A DNA stretch of 51,902 nucleotides from Phycisphaeraceae bacterium (GCA_040905565.1 JBBDRF010000019.1:1-51902); one strand, 5' to 3'. Positions 1-9,792 are shown, numbered from the stretch's first letter. Made by a program: numbers and translations. The notes: generated by a model from the letters alone, not told the origin.

Positions 1-2
1 GT

Positions 3-656
3 GTGGAACCAGACGTAGTGGACGCCGCGTTCGATGAGGTGGTCCAGCCACGATTCCTGCACGAGGTCGTCGATGTTCGATTGGCAGACGCTGGTCGCGA
101 CGCCGGTGATGATCTTCGCATCAAGGCAGTTGTCCAAGCCCTTAAGCGTTTTGCTGAGCACGCCCGGCCGGCCGCGTCGTTCGTCGCTGACGACTTCCGT
201 GCCTTCAATGCTCACCAACGGCGTCGCGTTGCCGACCTTCCGCAACCGCTCCGCAATCTCAGGCGTGATGAACTGACCGTTTGTGAACACCTGAAAGTAG
301 CAATCGGGATGCGCTTCGAGGATGTCCAGCAGCTCGGGGTGCATGAACGGTTCGCCGCCTAGGATGCCGAAGAACGTGTTGCCCGCTGCTCGCGAATCGC
401 TGATAAGTTTCTTCAGTGCGTCAAAATCAATCTGCGCCCGGTCCGCAGCCACATCCACCCAGCACCCCTGACATCGCAAATTGCAGGAGTTGATGATCGA
501 AATATAGAGGAACGGCGGAAACACGATGCCCTTCTTCAGCCGTTTCTTAAACTTCTGAACACTGCGCATGCCCTTCCAGCAGAAGTTGTAGCCGAACTTC
601 CACAGCGCCCGCTTGTCGACGCTGGTGAGCATGTGATGGGACATTTGTAGGATCAT
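3..656 (-). CDS. Radical SAM protein (5' part; runs off the window start)
   Basis: Not in the ORF track because its stop lies outside the window. Manual translation: MILQMSHHMLTSVDKRALWKFGYNF...FPPFLYISIINSCNLRCQGCWV...FFGILGGEPF...QVFTNG, with CxxxCxxC and GGEP motifs. In-frame alternative ATG at 668. Confidence 0.88.
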   Translation of the reverse strand, partial: MILQMSHHMLTSVDKRALWKFGYNFCWKGMRSVQKFKKRLKKGIVFPPFLYISIINSCNLRCQGCWVDVAADRAQIDFDALKKLISDSRAAGNTFFGILGGEPFMHPELLDILEAHPDCYFQVFTNGQFITPEIAERLRKVGNATPLVSIEGTEVVSDERRGRPGVLSKTLKGLDNCLDAKIITGVATSVCQSNIDDLVQESWLDHLIERGVHYVWFH

Positions 657-672
657 GTCATTTGTCATCAGG

Positions 673-709
673 CATTAGGCAATGGTCGTTGGTTAACCAA
701 TGCCTAATG
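673..709. repeat. Inverted repeat built from heptamer units (cattaggcaatggt / accaatgcctaatg)
   Basis: 14-bp arms at 673-686 and 696-709 with 1 mismatch, lying between two co-oriented genes. Confidence 0.6.
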
Positions 710-720
710 ACCAATACCTA

Positions 721-1605
721 TTAGCTATTGGTTTGGTTCATCGCCGCCTCGGCCTTTGCTTTCGCATCCGCAGCTTTCTGCTTGATCTCATCCTGCGAGG
801 GCAGATCCTTCAGCGCCGACGCGGGGATCGTGCCATCCTTGACCATCTGGCTCAGGCAGCGCATGCGTTCGGAGATGGCGCGTTTCTCATCGCGTTCTTT
901 CGCGAAGCGTTCCTTGGCTGCATCGTGGCGGTTGCGGAGGGTGGAGTAGATATCGCCGCCGAGCATGGCGGAGATGTCGACCTTCATCGCTTCGCGTTTC
1001 ATGTCTTCATCGCGGACGACGTCGCCGTTGATCGGGCCGCCCGAGTACTTGGGAAACATGATGGCGACTTCGGGGCAGACGCGCGAGCAGGCGGGGCAAT
1101 CGGTCTTGCAGTTGTCGTTGTTCTGAACCTGAATCTGGCCGTCGTCGGAGGTGCCGTAGACGTCGAACAGGCAGAACGAAAGGCACTGCATGCAGTTGGT
1201 GCAGCGGTCGTAGTCGATGACGGGGAACCAAGGCTTCCACTTGCCGGGCTTGTTGGTTTCGATGTCGTTTTCATCCAGCAGTTCACGCACGATCTGCACC
1301 GCTGCTTCGCCGGTGCTCTCGCCGATCTCGCGCAGGTGCAGCGTCACTTCCCCCGCGGCATCGCTGGCCTCGGGCGCGGTGCCGTCGTCGAAGCGACCGA
1401 GGACGATCAGCGTCGATTCATCGACCGAAGCCATCGTCCCGGGGTTCATGCGGCCCGCGTCCACAGCCGACCCGGTGCACGTGACGGTGAACCCTTCACT
1501 CAGCAGCGTCCGCATCAGGTCATACCGCTGACCATCATCGAACGGCTGCGCGCCGGTGCCTTCATAAAGAACGATGCGAACCGTTGGCGTTTCAAGCGCT
1601 TTCAC
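721..1605 (-). CDS. 2x[4Fe-4S] dicluster ferredoxin-domain protein
   Basis: CTNCMQCLSFC and CKTDCPACSRVCP motifs. GTG start at 1605 follows GAGGAG and overlaps the upstream stop. Confidence 0.85.
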   Translation of the reverse strand: MKALETPTVRIVLYEGTGAQPFDDGQRYDLMRTLLSEGFTVTCTGSAVDAGRMNPGTMASVDESTLIVLGRFDDGTAPEASDAAGEVTLHLREIGESTGEAAVQIVRELLDENDIETNKPGKWKPWFPVIDYDRCTNCMQCLSFCLFDVYGTSDDGQIQVQNNDNCKTDCPACSRVCPEVAIMFPKYSGGPINGDVVRDEDMKREAMKVDISAMLGGDIYSTLRNRHDAAKERFAKERDEKRAISERMRCLSQMVKDGTIPASALKDLPSQDEIKQKAADAKAKAEAAMNQTNS

Positions 1606-1993
1606 TGGGGCGGCCCTCCTCTGTCTCGTCGTCGGTCGGGGGATCGGCATCAAGCAGATCGTTCACGATGGCGTCGGCCTCATCGGTGCGCATGTTCAGC
1701 ACCTTCACGCTCTGGTCATCAAGCGGTGCGTCCGCAGCACGGAACAGCCCACGCACCGCCCGCTCATAGCAGGCAGCAATCTTCACGTTGCCCTTCTCCG
1801 CAATCGCCTTCAGGGCGGGGTCGCGGCGGGCGCTCATCTCGCACAGATCGGAAACGCTGTCGAACGAAGCCCCGGCTGTGCAGAGCTTCTCCAGCACCGC
1901 ATCCTTGGTCTCCTCAGGCACCACGTTGGCGTAGGCGCATCGGCAGTAAAGGATACGGAGCGGCGTGCTTTGATTGGAAGGCGTGTGGGACAT
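1592..1993 (-). CDS. Small Cys-containing protein resembling the HdrA N-terminal domain
   Basis: ILYCRC...DLCE...IAACYER...VLNMR pattern resembles the HdrA N-terminus (vyvChC...lC...vaaC...aNiRe). Confidence 0.6.
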   Translation of the reverse strand: MSHTPSNQSTPLRILYCRCAYANVVPEETKDAVLEKLCTAGASFDSVSDLCEMSARRDPALKAIAEKGNVKIAACYERAVRGLFRAADAPLDDQSVKVLNMRTDEADAIVNDLLDADPPTDDETEEGRPSESA

Positions 1994-1998
1994 AAGTC

Positions 1999-3204
1999 TC
2001 AATCGGCCGAGTGTGGAGCGGATGCGGTGAAGGCGGTGAGTTCAGTTGGGCCCGTCATGCGGTAACGCGGGGTCGGGGCAGCCGGTCGAAAGTGCTCCAC
2101 GTGCTCCTTGTGGATGGTGATCGTACCAGTTTTGGCCGATTCCTGTGCCAGTGCCGTCTCGAGTGTGTCGAGCATCAGCTGCGGGTCGGCCTCGGCGCGG
2201 AGGTTGATCACCAGCGTACCCCGCTTGAGCTTTTCCGGAAGTGATTGCGAGAGCTCCGCCACGAAATCGCTGCGCACCAGGTTCAGCGTGCCCACATGCC
2301 CCTGATGATCGTCAGCCATCAGCGTCATTTTCAGGTGCGCCACTTCGCCGTCGGCTGCCTGCAGATCGCGCTTAATGCGCTCGGCCAGGTTCATCATCAG
2401 CACCTCACCGTCGATCGGCTGCTCGGCTTCAAGACGCAGCGTCGCGTTCAGCCAACCCAGCAGCGCCTCGCCCTCCGCATACAGCTGATAGTCGATTGCC
2501 ATCGTCGGCTGCTCGCCCTGCTCGTCCGCCATCACGCGATCGAACCACGCCTCAAGTCCCGTCTGCTCACGCACCGAAACCGCCAGCACCCGCGCCTGCG
2601 GGAACTGCTCGGTCAGCGTTTCGGTCAGCCGCGACAGCCGGGCCGCATCAAGGAGGTCCGCTTTGTTGATCACGATCAGCGACGCTTCCTCAAGCTGCTT
2701 GCGGTAAACGTAAACGACCTTCGGCGAGAACGATTTGCCATCGTCCAAGCCCAGAATCCGCTCCGCCCGGATCGGGTCGACCATCACGCTCAGCGGGGCG
2801 ATCGTGTAACGCTTGCCGTAGATGCGCCGCAGCGGATAGCTCACCGTCGCCACCAGATCCGTACAGCTGCCGACCGGCTCCGCGATGAACACGTCGGGCA
2901 CCTGCTCAGCCTGCAGTTGCTCAGCTGCCTCGACCAGTGAATCGAATCGGCAACAGAAGCAGCCGCCCGCGATCTCCTGCACCTCAAAGCCGTGCGACTT
3001 CATCAGGGCGGTATCGACAAGTCCGACAGATTGATCGTTCGTAATCAGCCCCACGCGAAGGCCCTGCTTGCGTAGATGTTCACCCAGTGCCAGCACGGCC
3101 GTGCTTTTGCCCGCTCCGAGGAACCCGCCGATCATGATGTAGCGCGGCGGGGATTGTTGATTGCTGATTTTTGATTGCTGATTGGGGGAAGGGAATTTGC
3201 TCAT
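1999..3204 (-). CDS. CobW/COG0523-family G3E GTPase (metallochaperone)
   Basis: GGFLGAGKS Walker A, ITND, GGCFCC (CxCC), EPVG Walker B, NKAD. Confidence 0.9.
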   Translation of the reverse strand: MSKFPSPNQQSKISNQQSPPRYIMIGGFLGAGKSTAVLALGEHLRKQGLRVGLITNDQSVGLVDTALMKSHGFEVQEIAGGCFCCRFDSLVEAAEQLQAEQVPDVFIAEPVGSCTDLVATVSYPLRRIYGKRYTIAPLSVMVDPIRAERILGLDDGKSFSPKVVYVYRKQLEEASLIVINKADLLDAARLSRLTETLTEQFPQARVLAVSVREQTGLEAWFDRVMADEQGEQPTMAIDYQLYAEGEALLGWLNATLRLEAEQPIDGEVLMMNLAERIKRDLQAADGEVAHLKMTLMADDHQGHVGTLNLVRSDFVAELSQSLPEKLKRGTLVINLRAEADPQLMLDTLETALAQESAKTGTITIHKEHVEHFRPAAPTPRYRMTGPTELTAFTASAPHSAD

Positions 3205-3686
3205 GCTGCGCCCTCCTTGGAATCTGAGGTGGGGGGGTCGCCTAGCATTTTGTCGATTTGGCCGTCGAGGATTTTCGTGTAGCCTTCTGCGTCGACGCAG
3301 GCGGGGTCGGGCTTGCCGTTGAACGCGTACAGCCAGCCGTCGCCGTGCGGGTCTTCGTCGATGAGTTGAGGCTTCCTGGCCAGCGCGGGATTCCCCCCCG
3401 CAAACGTACCTTCGCCGACGCTGTACAGATCGCTGACCGCCTTGAACGCTTCGACCCAGCCGACCACCTGCCCGAGCTCGACCGGCGAGCCGACCTCAAG
3501 CTCCACATCACATTCCACAATCTCCCCGAGCATGCGCTTGGCGAACCGCGTAAAGCCGACGCGGTACAGGTCGCCTTCCTGATGCTTCACATAAAAATGC
3601 GACGGACTGTACAGCCGATCGGTCGGCAGCCGGGCCGTGAAGCGTGACCGCTTGTAGCGCAGTTCGGGGGGAGGTGCACTGCTCAT
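3201..3686 (-). CDS. Glycine cleavage H-like (lipoyl-carrier) protein, stand-alone
   Basis: RVGFTRFAKRMLGEIV, VEAFKAVSDLYS (lipoyl Lys retained), NPALARKPQLIDEDPHGDGWL. Confidence 0.85.
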   Translation of the reverse strand: MSSAPPPELRYKRSRFTARLPTDRLYSPSHFYVKHQEGDLYRVGFTRFAKRMLGEIVECDVELEVGSPVELGQVVGWVEAFKAVSDLYSVGEGTFAGGNPALARKPQLIDEDPHGDGWLYAFNGKPDPACVDAEGYTKILDGQIDKMLGDPPTSDSKEGAA

Positions 3687-3723
3687 AAACGCCCTTCTCC
3701 GTGGGAGGCGCGGTCGGTCGTCA

Positions 3724-4965
3724 TCACGGCCGCAGGTCGACACAGACCAGGTCGCCCGCAGCGTTGCGTGCGAACACTCGGCCGTGCGCGAAGACCGGCG
3801 CCGTCCAGCAACGGCCTTCAAGAACCTTCGCCTCGCTGATGCGTCGGAAGCCGTCCGGCGTGGCCTCGGCCGTCACAAGCGTGCCCGTATCCGAAAGGAT
3901 AATCAGCGTCTCGCCGGCCAGCGTGATCGCCCCGCAGCCGTAGCCGTTGTGCCGCCAGATCACCTCGCCTGTCGCCATTTCCACACATACAAGATCAACG
4001 ACGTCCGGCCGATTGTGATTGCCATCGAACCCGTAAACATACCCATCCCGCGGCACCGGCGTATCCATGTGCGCCGAGATCGCCTTGTTTTCATAACGAC
4101 CGCTCAGCTCACCCGCCTCGCTCAACTCAATCAGCGTCGAGCCCGTGTAGTAGCCGCTGGTCACGAAGAAACGATCGCCTTCCAGCAGCAACGGTGTCGG
4201 GGCACTGGCATCGTACTGCGTGCGCCAGCGCGACGCCGCCACCTCGCTGCCGTCCGCTGCCTTCAGGATCACCAGCCCATGTGCGTTGAGGACCGCAACG
4301 TGGCGTTCCCCGTTGAAGTCGAACACCTGAGGCGTCGTGTACGTCGGCTTATACGTCTTCGAGCGCCAAATCTCCTCGCCCGTTTCCAGATCAAACGCCA
4401 GCGTCGCTCCGGCCTGGATGTACCCCACGCCCTCGTCGATCACCACGCTGCTCGTGTAGCCCCACGTCGGCATCTCCATCCCCAGCGTTTCGGAGAGCCC
4501 GAAGCGCCAGTTCAGATCGCCGGTCTCAGCGTTGACCGAGCGCACCTCGCCGATGCGGCTGATGACGTAGACCGCGCCATCATGCACCACCGGCGTCGCC
4601 CCCGACCCGCCTTCGTGCAGATTGTCGACCAGTTCGCTGGTGTAGCGATGGGTCCAGATCGTCTCGCCGGTGTCGATGTTGATGCAGGTGACGGTTTCGT
4701 GGTCGCCGTCGTCGTTGCCGATCGCGTAAAGCCGATCACCGACCACCGCCACGCTCGCGAACCCCGTGCCGACCTCCGCACGCCAGGCGACAGTCGGCCC
4801 CTCGCTATCCCAGTGATTCACAAAGCCCGTCTCGGTGCTCACGCCGTTGGCGTGCGGACCGAGGAACGTAGCCCAATCCTGGCCCTCAGCCAGCGTCGGT
4901 GTGCCGAGGCAGAGCAGGGCGAGGCAGGCGAGGGGAGCGACCTTCAGCGAAAGCTTTGTCATCAT
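3724..4965 (-). CDS. Secreted PQQ-binding-like beta-propeller protein
   Basis: Signal peptide, DWATFLGP, repeated TGExxW propeller motifs. Confidence 0.85.
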   Translation of the reverse strand: MMTKLSLKVAPLACLALLCLGTPTLAEGQDWATFLGPHANGVSTETGFVNHWDSEGPTVAWRAEVGTGFASVAVVGDRLYAIGNDDGDHETVTCINIDTGETIWTHRYTSELVDNLHEGGSGATPVVHDGAVYVISRIGEVRSVNAETGDLNWRFGLSETLGMEMPTWGYTSSVVIDEGVGYIQAGATLAFDLETGEEIWRSKTYKPTYTTPQVFDFNGERHVAVLNAHGLVILKAADGSEVAASRWRTQYDASAPTPLLLEGDRFFVTSGYYTGSTLIELSEAGELSGRYENKAISAHMDTPVPRDGYVYGFDGNHNRPDVVDLVCVEMATGEVIWRHNGYGCGAITLAGETLIILSDTGTLVTAEATPDGFRRISEAKVLEGRCWTAPVFAHGRVFARNAAGDLVCVDLRP

Positions 4966-5196
4966 CTTCCGTCCATTTTTTTGCCCGAGAAGTACGGGGA
5001 GGCTGAGTCTCAGATTCCGACCCTATTTTCCAGCAGTGCATAAAGCTTTGCAACTTTAGGCGCGCGAAACATTCAGAACCCTCAAGACCCGCAACGCCGA
5101 CTCGTCTGAAAAATTGCTGAACCGGAGCACCGCTGCGTATACTCTGCACCAACGCGCGAATCGGTAAAACTTCAGGCCAACCAAGGGGTTTCGCCC

Positions 5197-6591
5197 ATGT
5201 CCAGAGCCTCTTCGATGCTCGCGATGCTTGTCATCCTGTGGCTGGCGCCGGCTGGTTTCGCCGCCGACCCGCCCAACATCGTTTTCGTCTACAGCGACGA
5301 CCACGGCCCATGGGCGATCGGCCTTGAGCACCCCCAGGCGCATACGCCTCACATCGACCGATTGCTGGCCGAACAGGGCGTGCGGCTGACCAACGCCTTC
5401 GTCACGACGCCTGTCTGCAGCCCTTCTCGCGCGAGTCTTCTTACCGGTCGCTACGCGTCCAGCGAACTGGGCATCCACGACTGGATCGCCCCGGACGAGA
5501 CGGAGGTTGGCCTCGAGCCTGACTGGCCCACCTGGCCGACGCTACTGAGCGAAGCAGGCTACGCCACCGCCCTCATGGGCAAGTGGCACTTGGGCCACAC
5601 ACAGCCCCGCCATCACCCCACCGCCCACGGCTTCGACGAGTTCGTCGGATTCCTCGGCCATCAGGGGCCCAGCAATCCCGTCATCGAACGCGATGGTGAG
5701 ACCCAGCCCGTCGAAGGACTGACCATCGACATTCTCACGGATAACGTGATCGATTTCATCGAGCGCCATCAGCAGCAGCGTTTCGCCGTGATGCTCAGCA
5801 CGCGTTCCCCCCACCGCTCCTGGCTGCCCGTGGCCGAGGAGGATTGGAAGCCATACGCCGAGGTTGAAGTTGAGATTCCTGACTATCCGGGGATCGATCG
5901 CGAGCGCGTTGAGCGGATGACCCGTGAGTACCTCGCAAGCGTCACCAGCGTCGACCGCAACCTCGGCCGCATCCTCGAAACGCTTGACGCGCTGGGCTTG
6001 TCTGAGAACACCGTCGTCATCTTCACCGCCAACGAAGGCAATTCACTTGGCCATCATGGTGCCTGGGGCAAAGGTAACGCCGTCTCCGTCCTGACGAACC
6101 CTCCACCGGATACGCCGAACATTCCCGGCAGCCGTCGGCCGAGTCTCACGGACGCCGTCCTGCGCGTTCCCACCGGCATCCGCTGGCCGGGGGTGATCGA
6201 GCCGGGCAGCGTCGTGGAGCACACCGTCAGCAACCTCGACTGGTTCCCCACCCTGCTGGCGATCGCTCAAGTCGATCACGAGCACGTTCACCAGCACGGC
6301 CGCAACTTCCTGCCGCTGCTGAGGGGCGAATCGATCGACGATTGGGACAACACGCTCTACGCCGAGTACGCGCCTCATCACGGCCTCCGAGCCGACATGC
6401 GCGCCATCCGCACCCCCCGATTCAAGCTCTTCCGCGACCTGGCCAACCCCGAACGCGACGCGTTCTACGACCTGCAAAACGATCCCCGGGAGGGCAACAA
6501 TCTCATCGACGATGACCGCGTCGAGATTCAACGCGCTCGGCAGAATCTACACGAGCAGCTCCGCCAAAAAATGCGAACGCTCGATCGATAA
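5197..6591 (+). CDS. Type I sulfatase-family hydrolase, secreted
   Basis: PNIVFVYSDD, CSPSRASLLTGRY (CxPxR), GKWHLG, GFD motifs. Confidence 0.9.
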   Translation: MSRASSMLAMLVILWLAPAGFAADPPNIVFVYSDDHGPWAIGLEHPQAHTPHIDRLLAEQGVRLTNAFVTTPVCSPSRASLLTGRYASSELGIHDWIAPDETEVGLEPDWPTWPTLLSEAGYATALMGKWHLGHTQPRHHPTAHGFDEFVGFLGHQGPSNPVIERDGETQPVEGLTIDILTDNVIDFIERHQQQRFAVMLSTRSPHRSWLPVAEEDWKPYAEVEVEIPDYPGIDRERVERMTREYLASVTSVDRNLGRILETLDALGLSENTVVIFTANEGNSLGHHGAWGKGNAVSVLTNPPPDTPNIPGSRRPSLTDAVLRVPTGIRWPGVIEPGSVVEHTVSNLDWFPTLLAIAQVDHEHVHQHGRNFLPLLRGESIDDWDNTLYAEYAPHHGLRADMRAIRTPRFKLFRDLANPERDAFYDLQNDPREGNNLIDDDRVEIQRARQNLHEQLRQKMRTLDR

Positions 6592-6601
6592 CCGCACCAG
6601 C

Positions 6602-6641
6602 AAAATCACCCATCACACATCACACATCACAAATCACAAAT
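6602..6641 (+). repeat. Heptamer tandem repeat (atcacac/atcacaa-like, about 5 units)
   Basis: aaaatcacccatcacacatcacacatcacaaatcacaaat between convergent stops. Confidence 0.7.
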
Positions 6642-6654
6642 TCCCCGCCCCCCC

Positions 6655-7500
6655 CTACTTCTCCCCGCGCGGCCGAAAAATCGCCCACTGGATCAACGCG
6701 CCCAGCAGCACGAGCAGGCTCAGAAGGATCGCCAACGGCAAGCCTTGCTGCGGCACAAGATTGCTCATCGTTTCAGGCAGCACGCCCAGCATCCGCCCCG
6801 CCGGCCAGAGCATCAACAGCACGCCCAGCAAAGCCGTGATCACCGCCCCAGCCAGATTCGGCAGCACGAACGCCAACGCCCCGCCTAGCACCACCGCACC
6901 GCCGGCCGCACTGAGCACCGCCCAGCGCGTCGAGCCCGACCGCTCCGCCCACCATTCACCCCACACTTCCGCAAGATCTTCACGCGCCTGCTGCCACGCC
7001 TCAGCAAGTGAGGGGAGCTTCGCCGTGTCGATCCGCGTCTCGCGGTCCTCCGTCTCAGCATCTTCCTCCACTTCGACCGCCTCGGCCGTCGCTTCACGCA
7101 AATCAGCCACGGCAGCGGCGATCGGCTCGCCCAGCGGCGGCATCGGGTCGCCCTTGATCGCCAGCACCAGCCAGGGCGCCACCACTCCCAGGAACACCGC
7201 GAACATCAACGCCAGCGACAGCCTCGCCAGCAGCCACCCGATCGCAGCCCCCACCACCGCCCCACCGATCAACCAATAGATCAACGGCATGTCCGTCGAA
7301 AAATAACGCACCACCAGCGCCAGAAAACCCGCCACCGCAGCCGCCATGATCACCGCGAAAATCGGCTTCACCAGCTGCCGACCGAACAGCCACAGCACCG
7401 CCCCGACCACGCCGGACCAGACCATCAGTGCATCGAACCACCACCAGGGCATCTGGACCGTCTGCTGATCGCTGAGAAGAAATTCGTATCCGTTGCTCAT
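6655..7500 (-). CDS. Hypothetical integral membrane protein
   Basis: About 7 hydrophobic segments interrupted by an acidic loop. Confidence 0.7.
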   Translation of the reverse strand: MSNGYEFLLSDQQTVQMPWWWFDALMVWSGVVGAVLWLFGRQLVKPIFAVIMAAAVAGFLALVVRYFSTDMPLIYWLIGGAVVGAAIGWLLARLSLALMFAVFLGVVAPWLVLAIKGDPMPPLGEPIAAAVADLREATAEAVEVEEDAETEDRETRIDTAKLPSLAEAWQQAREDLAEVWGEWWAERSGSTRWAVLSAAGGAVVLGGALAFVLPNLAGAVITALLGVLLMLWPAGRMLGVLPETMSNLVPQQGLPLAILLSLLVLLGALIQWAIFRPRGEK

Positions 7501-7618
7501 GTGTTTTCCGTCGTCGTTGACCGCTGAGGGCCTGACCTTACAATGGATTGGTTAACCACGTGTCCAACTTGACTGTCGGCCCAGCGGCCTCCCTTTGTGT
7601 ACCCGGCGTGCCCCAGCG

Positions 7619-8719
7619 ATGAATCAGCCCACTACCGCCTCCGAATCTCTCGCGCCACTGAGGCAGCGGATCGATCAACTCGACGAGCAGATCGTACGGT
7701 TGCTCAACGAACGCGCCAAGATCGTCGTTGAAGTCGGCAAGGTCAAGCATCTCAACGATCAGGCCCCCGTGTATGCCCCGGACCGCGAACAGGTCGTCCT
7801 CGACCGCATCCGCCAGGCCAACGAAGGGCCCCTCTCCGATCTCTGCCTCGAAGCAATCTACCGCGAACTCATGAGCGGCTCCTTCGCCCTCCAACGCGCC
7901 CTCCGCATCGGCTACCTCGGCCCAGCCGGGTCGTTCAGCCACCTGGCCGCCAAACGCCAGTTCGGTGCAAGCGTTGCCTATCACCCCGTCGAATCCATCA
8001 CTTCCGTCTTCCGCGAGGTCGAAGGGCAGCAGATCGATCTGGGCCTGGTGCCGATCGAAAACTCCATCGGCGGCGGCATCCACGAAACGCTCGACAGCTT
8101 CCTCACCAGCACCGCCCGCGTCTGTGCTGAGGTGCTGGTGCCGATTCATCATCACCTGCTGACGCACGCTGAGCCGAGCCAGATCAAACGCGTCTACTCC
8201 CGTCCTGAAGTCTTCGAGCAGTGCCGAAGCTGGCTCCGCGAGAACCTGCTGGACGCCGATCGACTGGCTGTGACTTCCAGCGCCAAGGCCGCCGAGATCG
8301 CCAGCGAGGACCGCGAAGCCGCTGCGATCGGCTCGGACCTGGCCAGCGAGATCTACAACCTGCCGGTGCAGTCGGCGAACATTGAAGATCATCCGGGCAA
8401 CATCACCCGCTTCTTCGTGATCGGCCTGCAATCGCCCGCGCCCAGCGGCGACGACAAGACCGCCATCCTCTTCACCACCGCCCACGAACCCGGGGCCCTC
8501 GCAGCAGTGATCGATGCGTTCCGCGATCAGAAGGTGAACCTGACGCACATCGACAAACGCCCTTCCCAGCGGGTGAACTGGGAATACTGCTTCTTCATCG
8601 ATTGCGACGGCCACGCGACTGACCCCAACGTCAAAGCTGCCCTCGCCGAGGCCCGCAAACACTGCCTCCACCTCACCGTCCTGGGCTCCTTCCCCCGCGC
8701 CCGCTCAACCCTGGCCTGA
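7619..8719 (+). CDS. pheA: Chorismate mutase / prephenate dehydratase (P-protein)
   Basis: LRQRIDQLD CM domain, YLGPAGSFSH, PIENS, NITRF, C-terminal ACT domain. Confidence 0.95.
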   Translation: MNQPTTASESLAPLRQRIDQLDEQIVRLLNERAKIVVEVGKVKHLNDQAPVYAPDREQVVLDRIRQANEGPLSDLCLEAIYRELMSGSFALQRALRIGYLGPAGSFSHLAAKRQFGASVAYHPVESITSVFREVEGQQIDLGLVPIENSIGGGIHETLDSFLTSTARVCAEVLVPIHHHLLTHAEPSQIKRVYSRPEVFEQCRSWLRENLLDADRLAVTSSAKAAEIASEDREAAAIGSDLASEIYNLPVQSANIEDHPGNITRFFVIGLQSPAPSGDDKTAILFTTAHEPGALAAVIDAFRDQKVNLTHIDKRPSQRVNWEYCFFIDCDGHATDPNVKAALAEARKHCLHLTVLGSFPRARSTLA

Positions 8720-8725
8720 CCCACT

Positions 8726-8746
8726 AGCCGCGAGACTACGTCTCGC
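8726..8746 (+). repeat. REP-like palindrome, family B, left copy
   Basis: agccgcgagactacgtctcgc; exact reverse complement at 9793-9813. Confidence 0.8.
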
Positions 8747-8792
8747 AGGTCCCCCCGCTGCGCCTAGTTACGAACCGTGAGCCGCCGAGCGG

Positions 8793-9722
8793 TCAGCCGT
8801 CCTCGCCTTCTTCATCGTCTCGTGGTTCGGCGAAGCCGTCGTAGAATTCGGTGTTCACGACTTCTCCGTCAGCGTTATATTGTGTCCATTCGCCCACGGC
8901 AATGCCGCGGTAGTAATGGCCTTCCTGCTTGACCTTTCCGTTTTCAAACCAGAGGGCAGGGCCATGGTCGGTGCCCTGAGCCTTCATGACCTGAACGATG
9001 ATTTCGCCCTCAGCGTCATACCAGGTAAGGGGGCCGTTGCGGTCGCCGTCGGCGACTTCGTGGCGACTGCGCAACGTGCCCTGCTCATCGAAGGTTTCGA
9101 CGGGAGCCACGAACCTGCCCTTCTCAAATGTCGTGCGGGCTGTGACGCGGCCATCATGGGTGTTTTCGTAGACGCCGTCGGCCAGCGTTTTGCCGCCGCC
9201 CGGCACGCCTGGCTCCCGCTCATAATAAAGACCGTGCTGGTCGCGCTCGAGCGTATCAATGAGGTTGCTGATGATGCGGAAACCGGGTATTGGTCGTTCC
9301 TCGATGTGTTCATGGTAAAGGTCGATGTAGACCAATCGGTAGGCGTCCTCGTCTTCCGGATCGGCGTCCGGATCACATGAGATTCGGTATCGATCCTTGA
9401 TGGTACGGTATGGGTGGGCGCCGGAACTACCGAGCCGCTGGGCACGTTCGAGGACGCGTCCGGTTTCCAGGCAGATAAGTCGGCCCAGGTAGCGCCGCTG
9501 GCCCACAACCTTGCGAGCACGGACGGGATTGAATCTCGAGCCTAGCGGGCCGCTGACCACCGCTTCGTAGCGGGGCCGAAACTCTGCCTGAATCGCTTCC
9601 CATACTTCCCCGTCCACCCGCTGCTGAAGCGCCTCCGCCTGGGCTGAAACCGCGGTGGGAAATCCCATCGCCACAGTCGCGAGGGCCAGAAACACGTAGC
9701 GCTGCATCTGCTTCGTTACCAT
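8793..9722 (-). CDS. Secreted protein with MORN-variant (YwqK-like) repeats
   Basis: Signal peptide; C-terminal repeats such as NGPLTWYDAEG, HGPALWFENG, VGEWTQYNADG. Confidence 0.7.
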   Translation of the reverse strand: MVTKQMQRYVFLALATVAMGFPTAVSAQAEALQQRVDGEVWEAIQAEFRPRYEAVVSGPLGSRFNPVRARKVVGQRRYLGRLICLETGRVLERAQRLGSSGAHPYRTIKDRYRISCDPDADPEDEDAYRLVYIDLYHEHIEERPIPGFRIISNLIDTLERDQHGLYYEREPGVPGGGKTLADGVYENTHDGRVTARTTFEKGRFVAPVETFDEQGTLRSRHEVADGDRNGPLTWYDAEGEIIVQVMKAQGTDHGPALWFENGKVKQEGHYYRGIAVGEWTQYNADGEVVNTEFYDGFAEPRDDEEGEDG

Positions 9723-9792
9723 GATTGTTACCCCTTCGGTGGTGTTACCGCGATGGTACCAGTTCACTTCAGCCTCGGGATACCCCCCTCCG

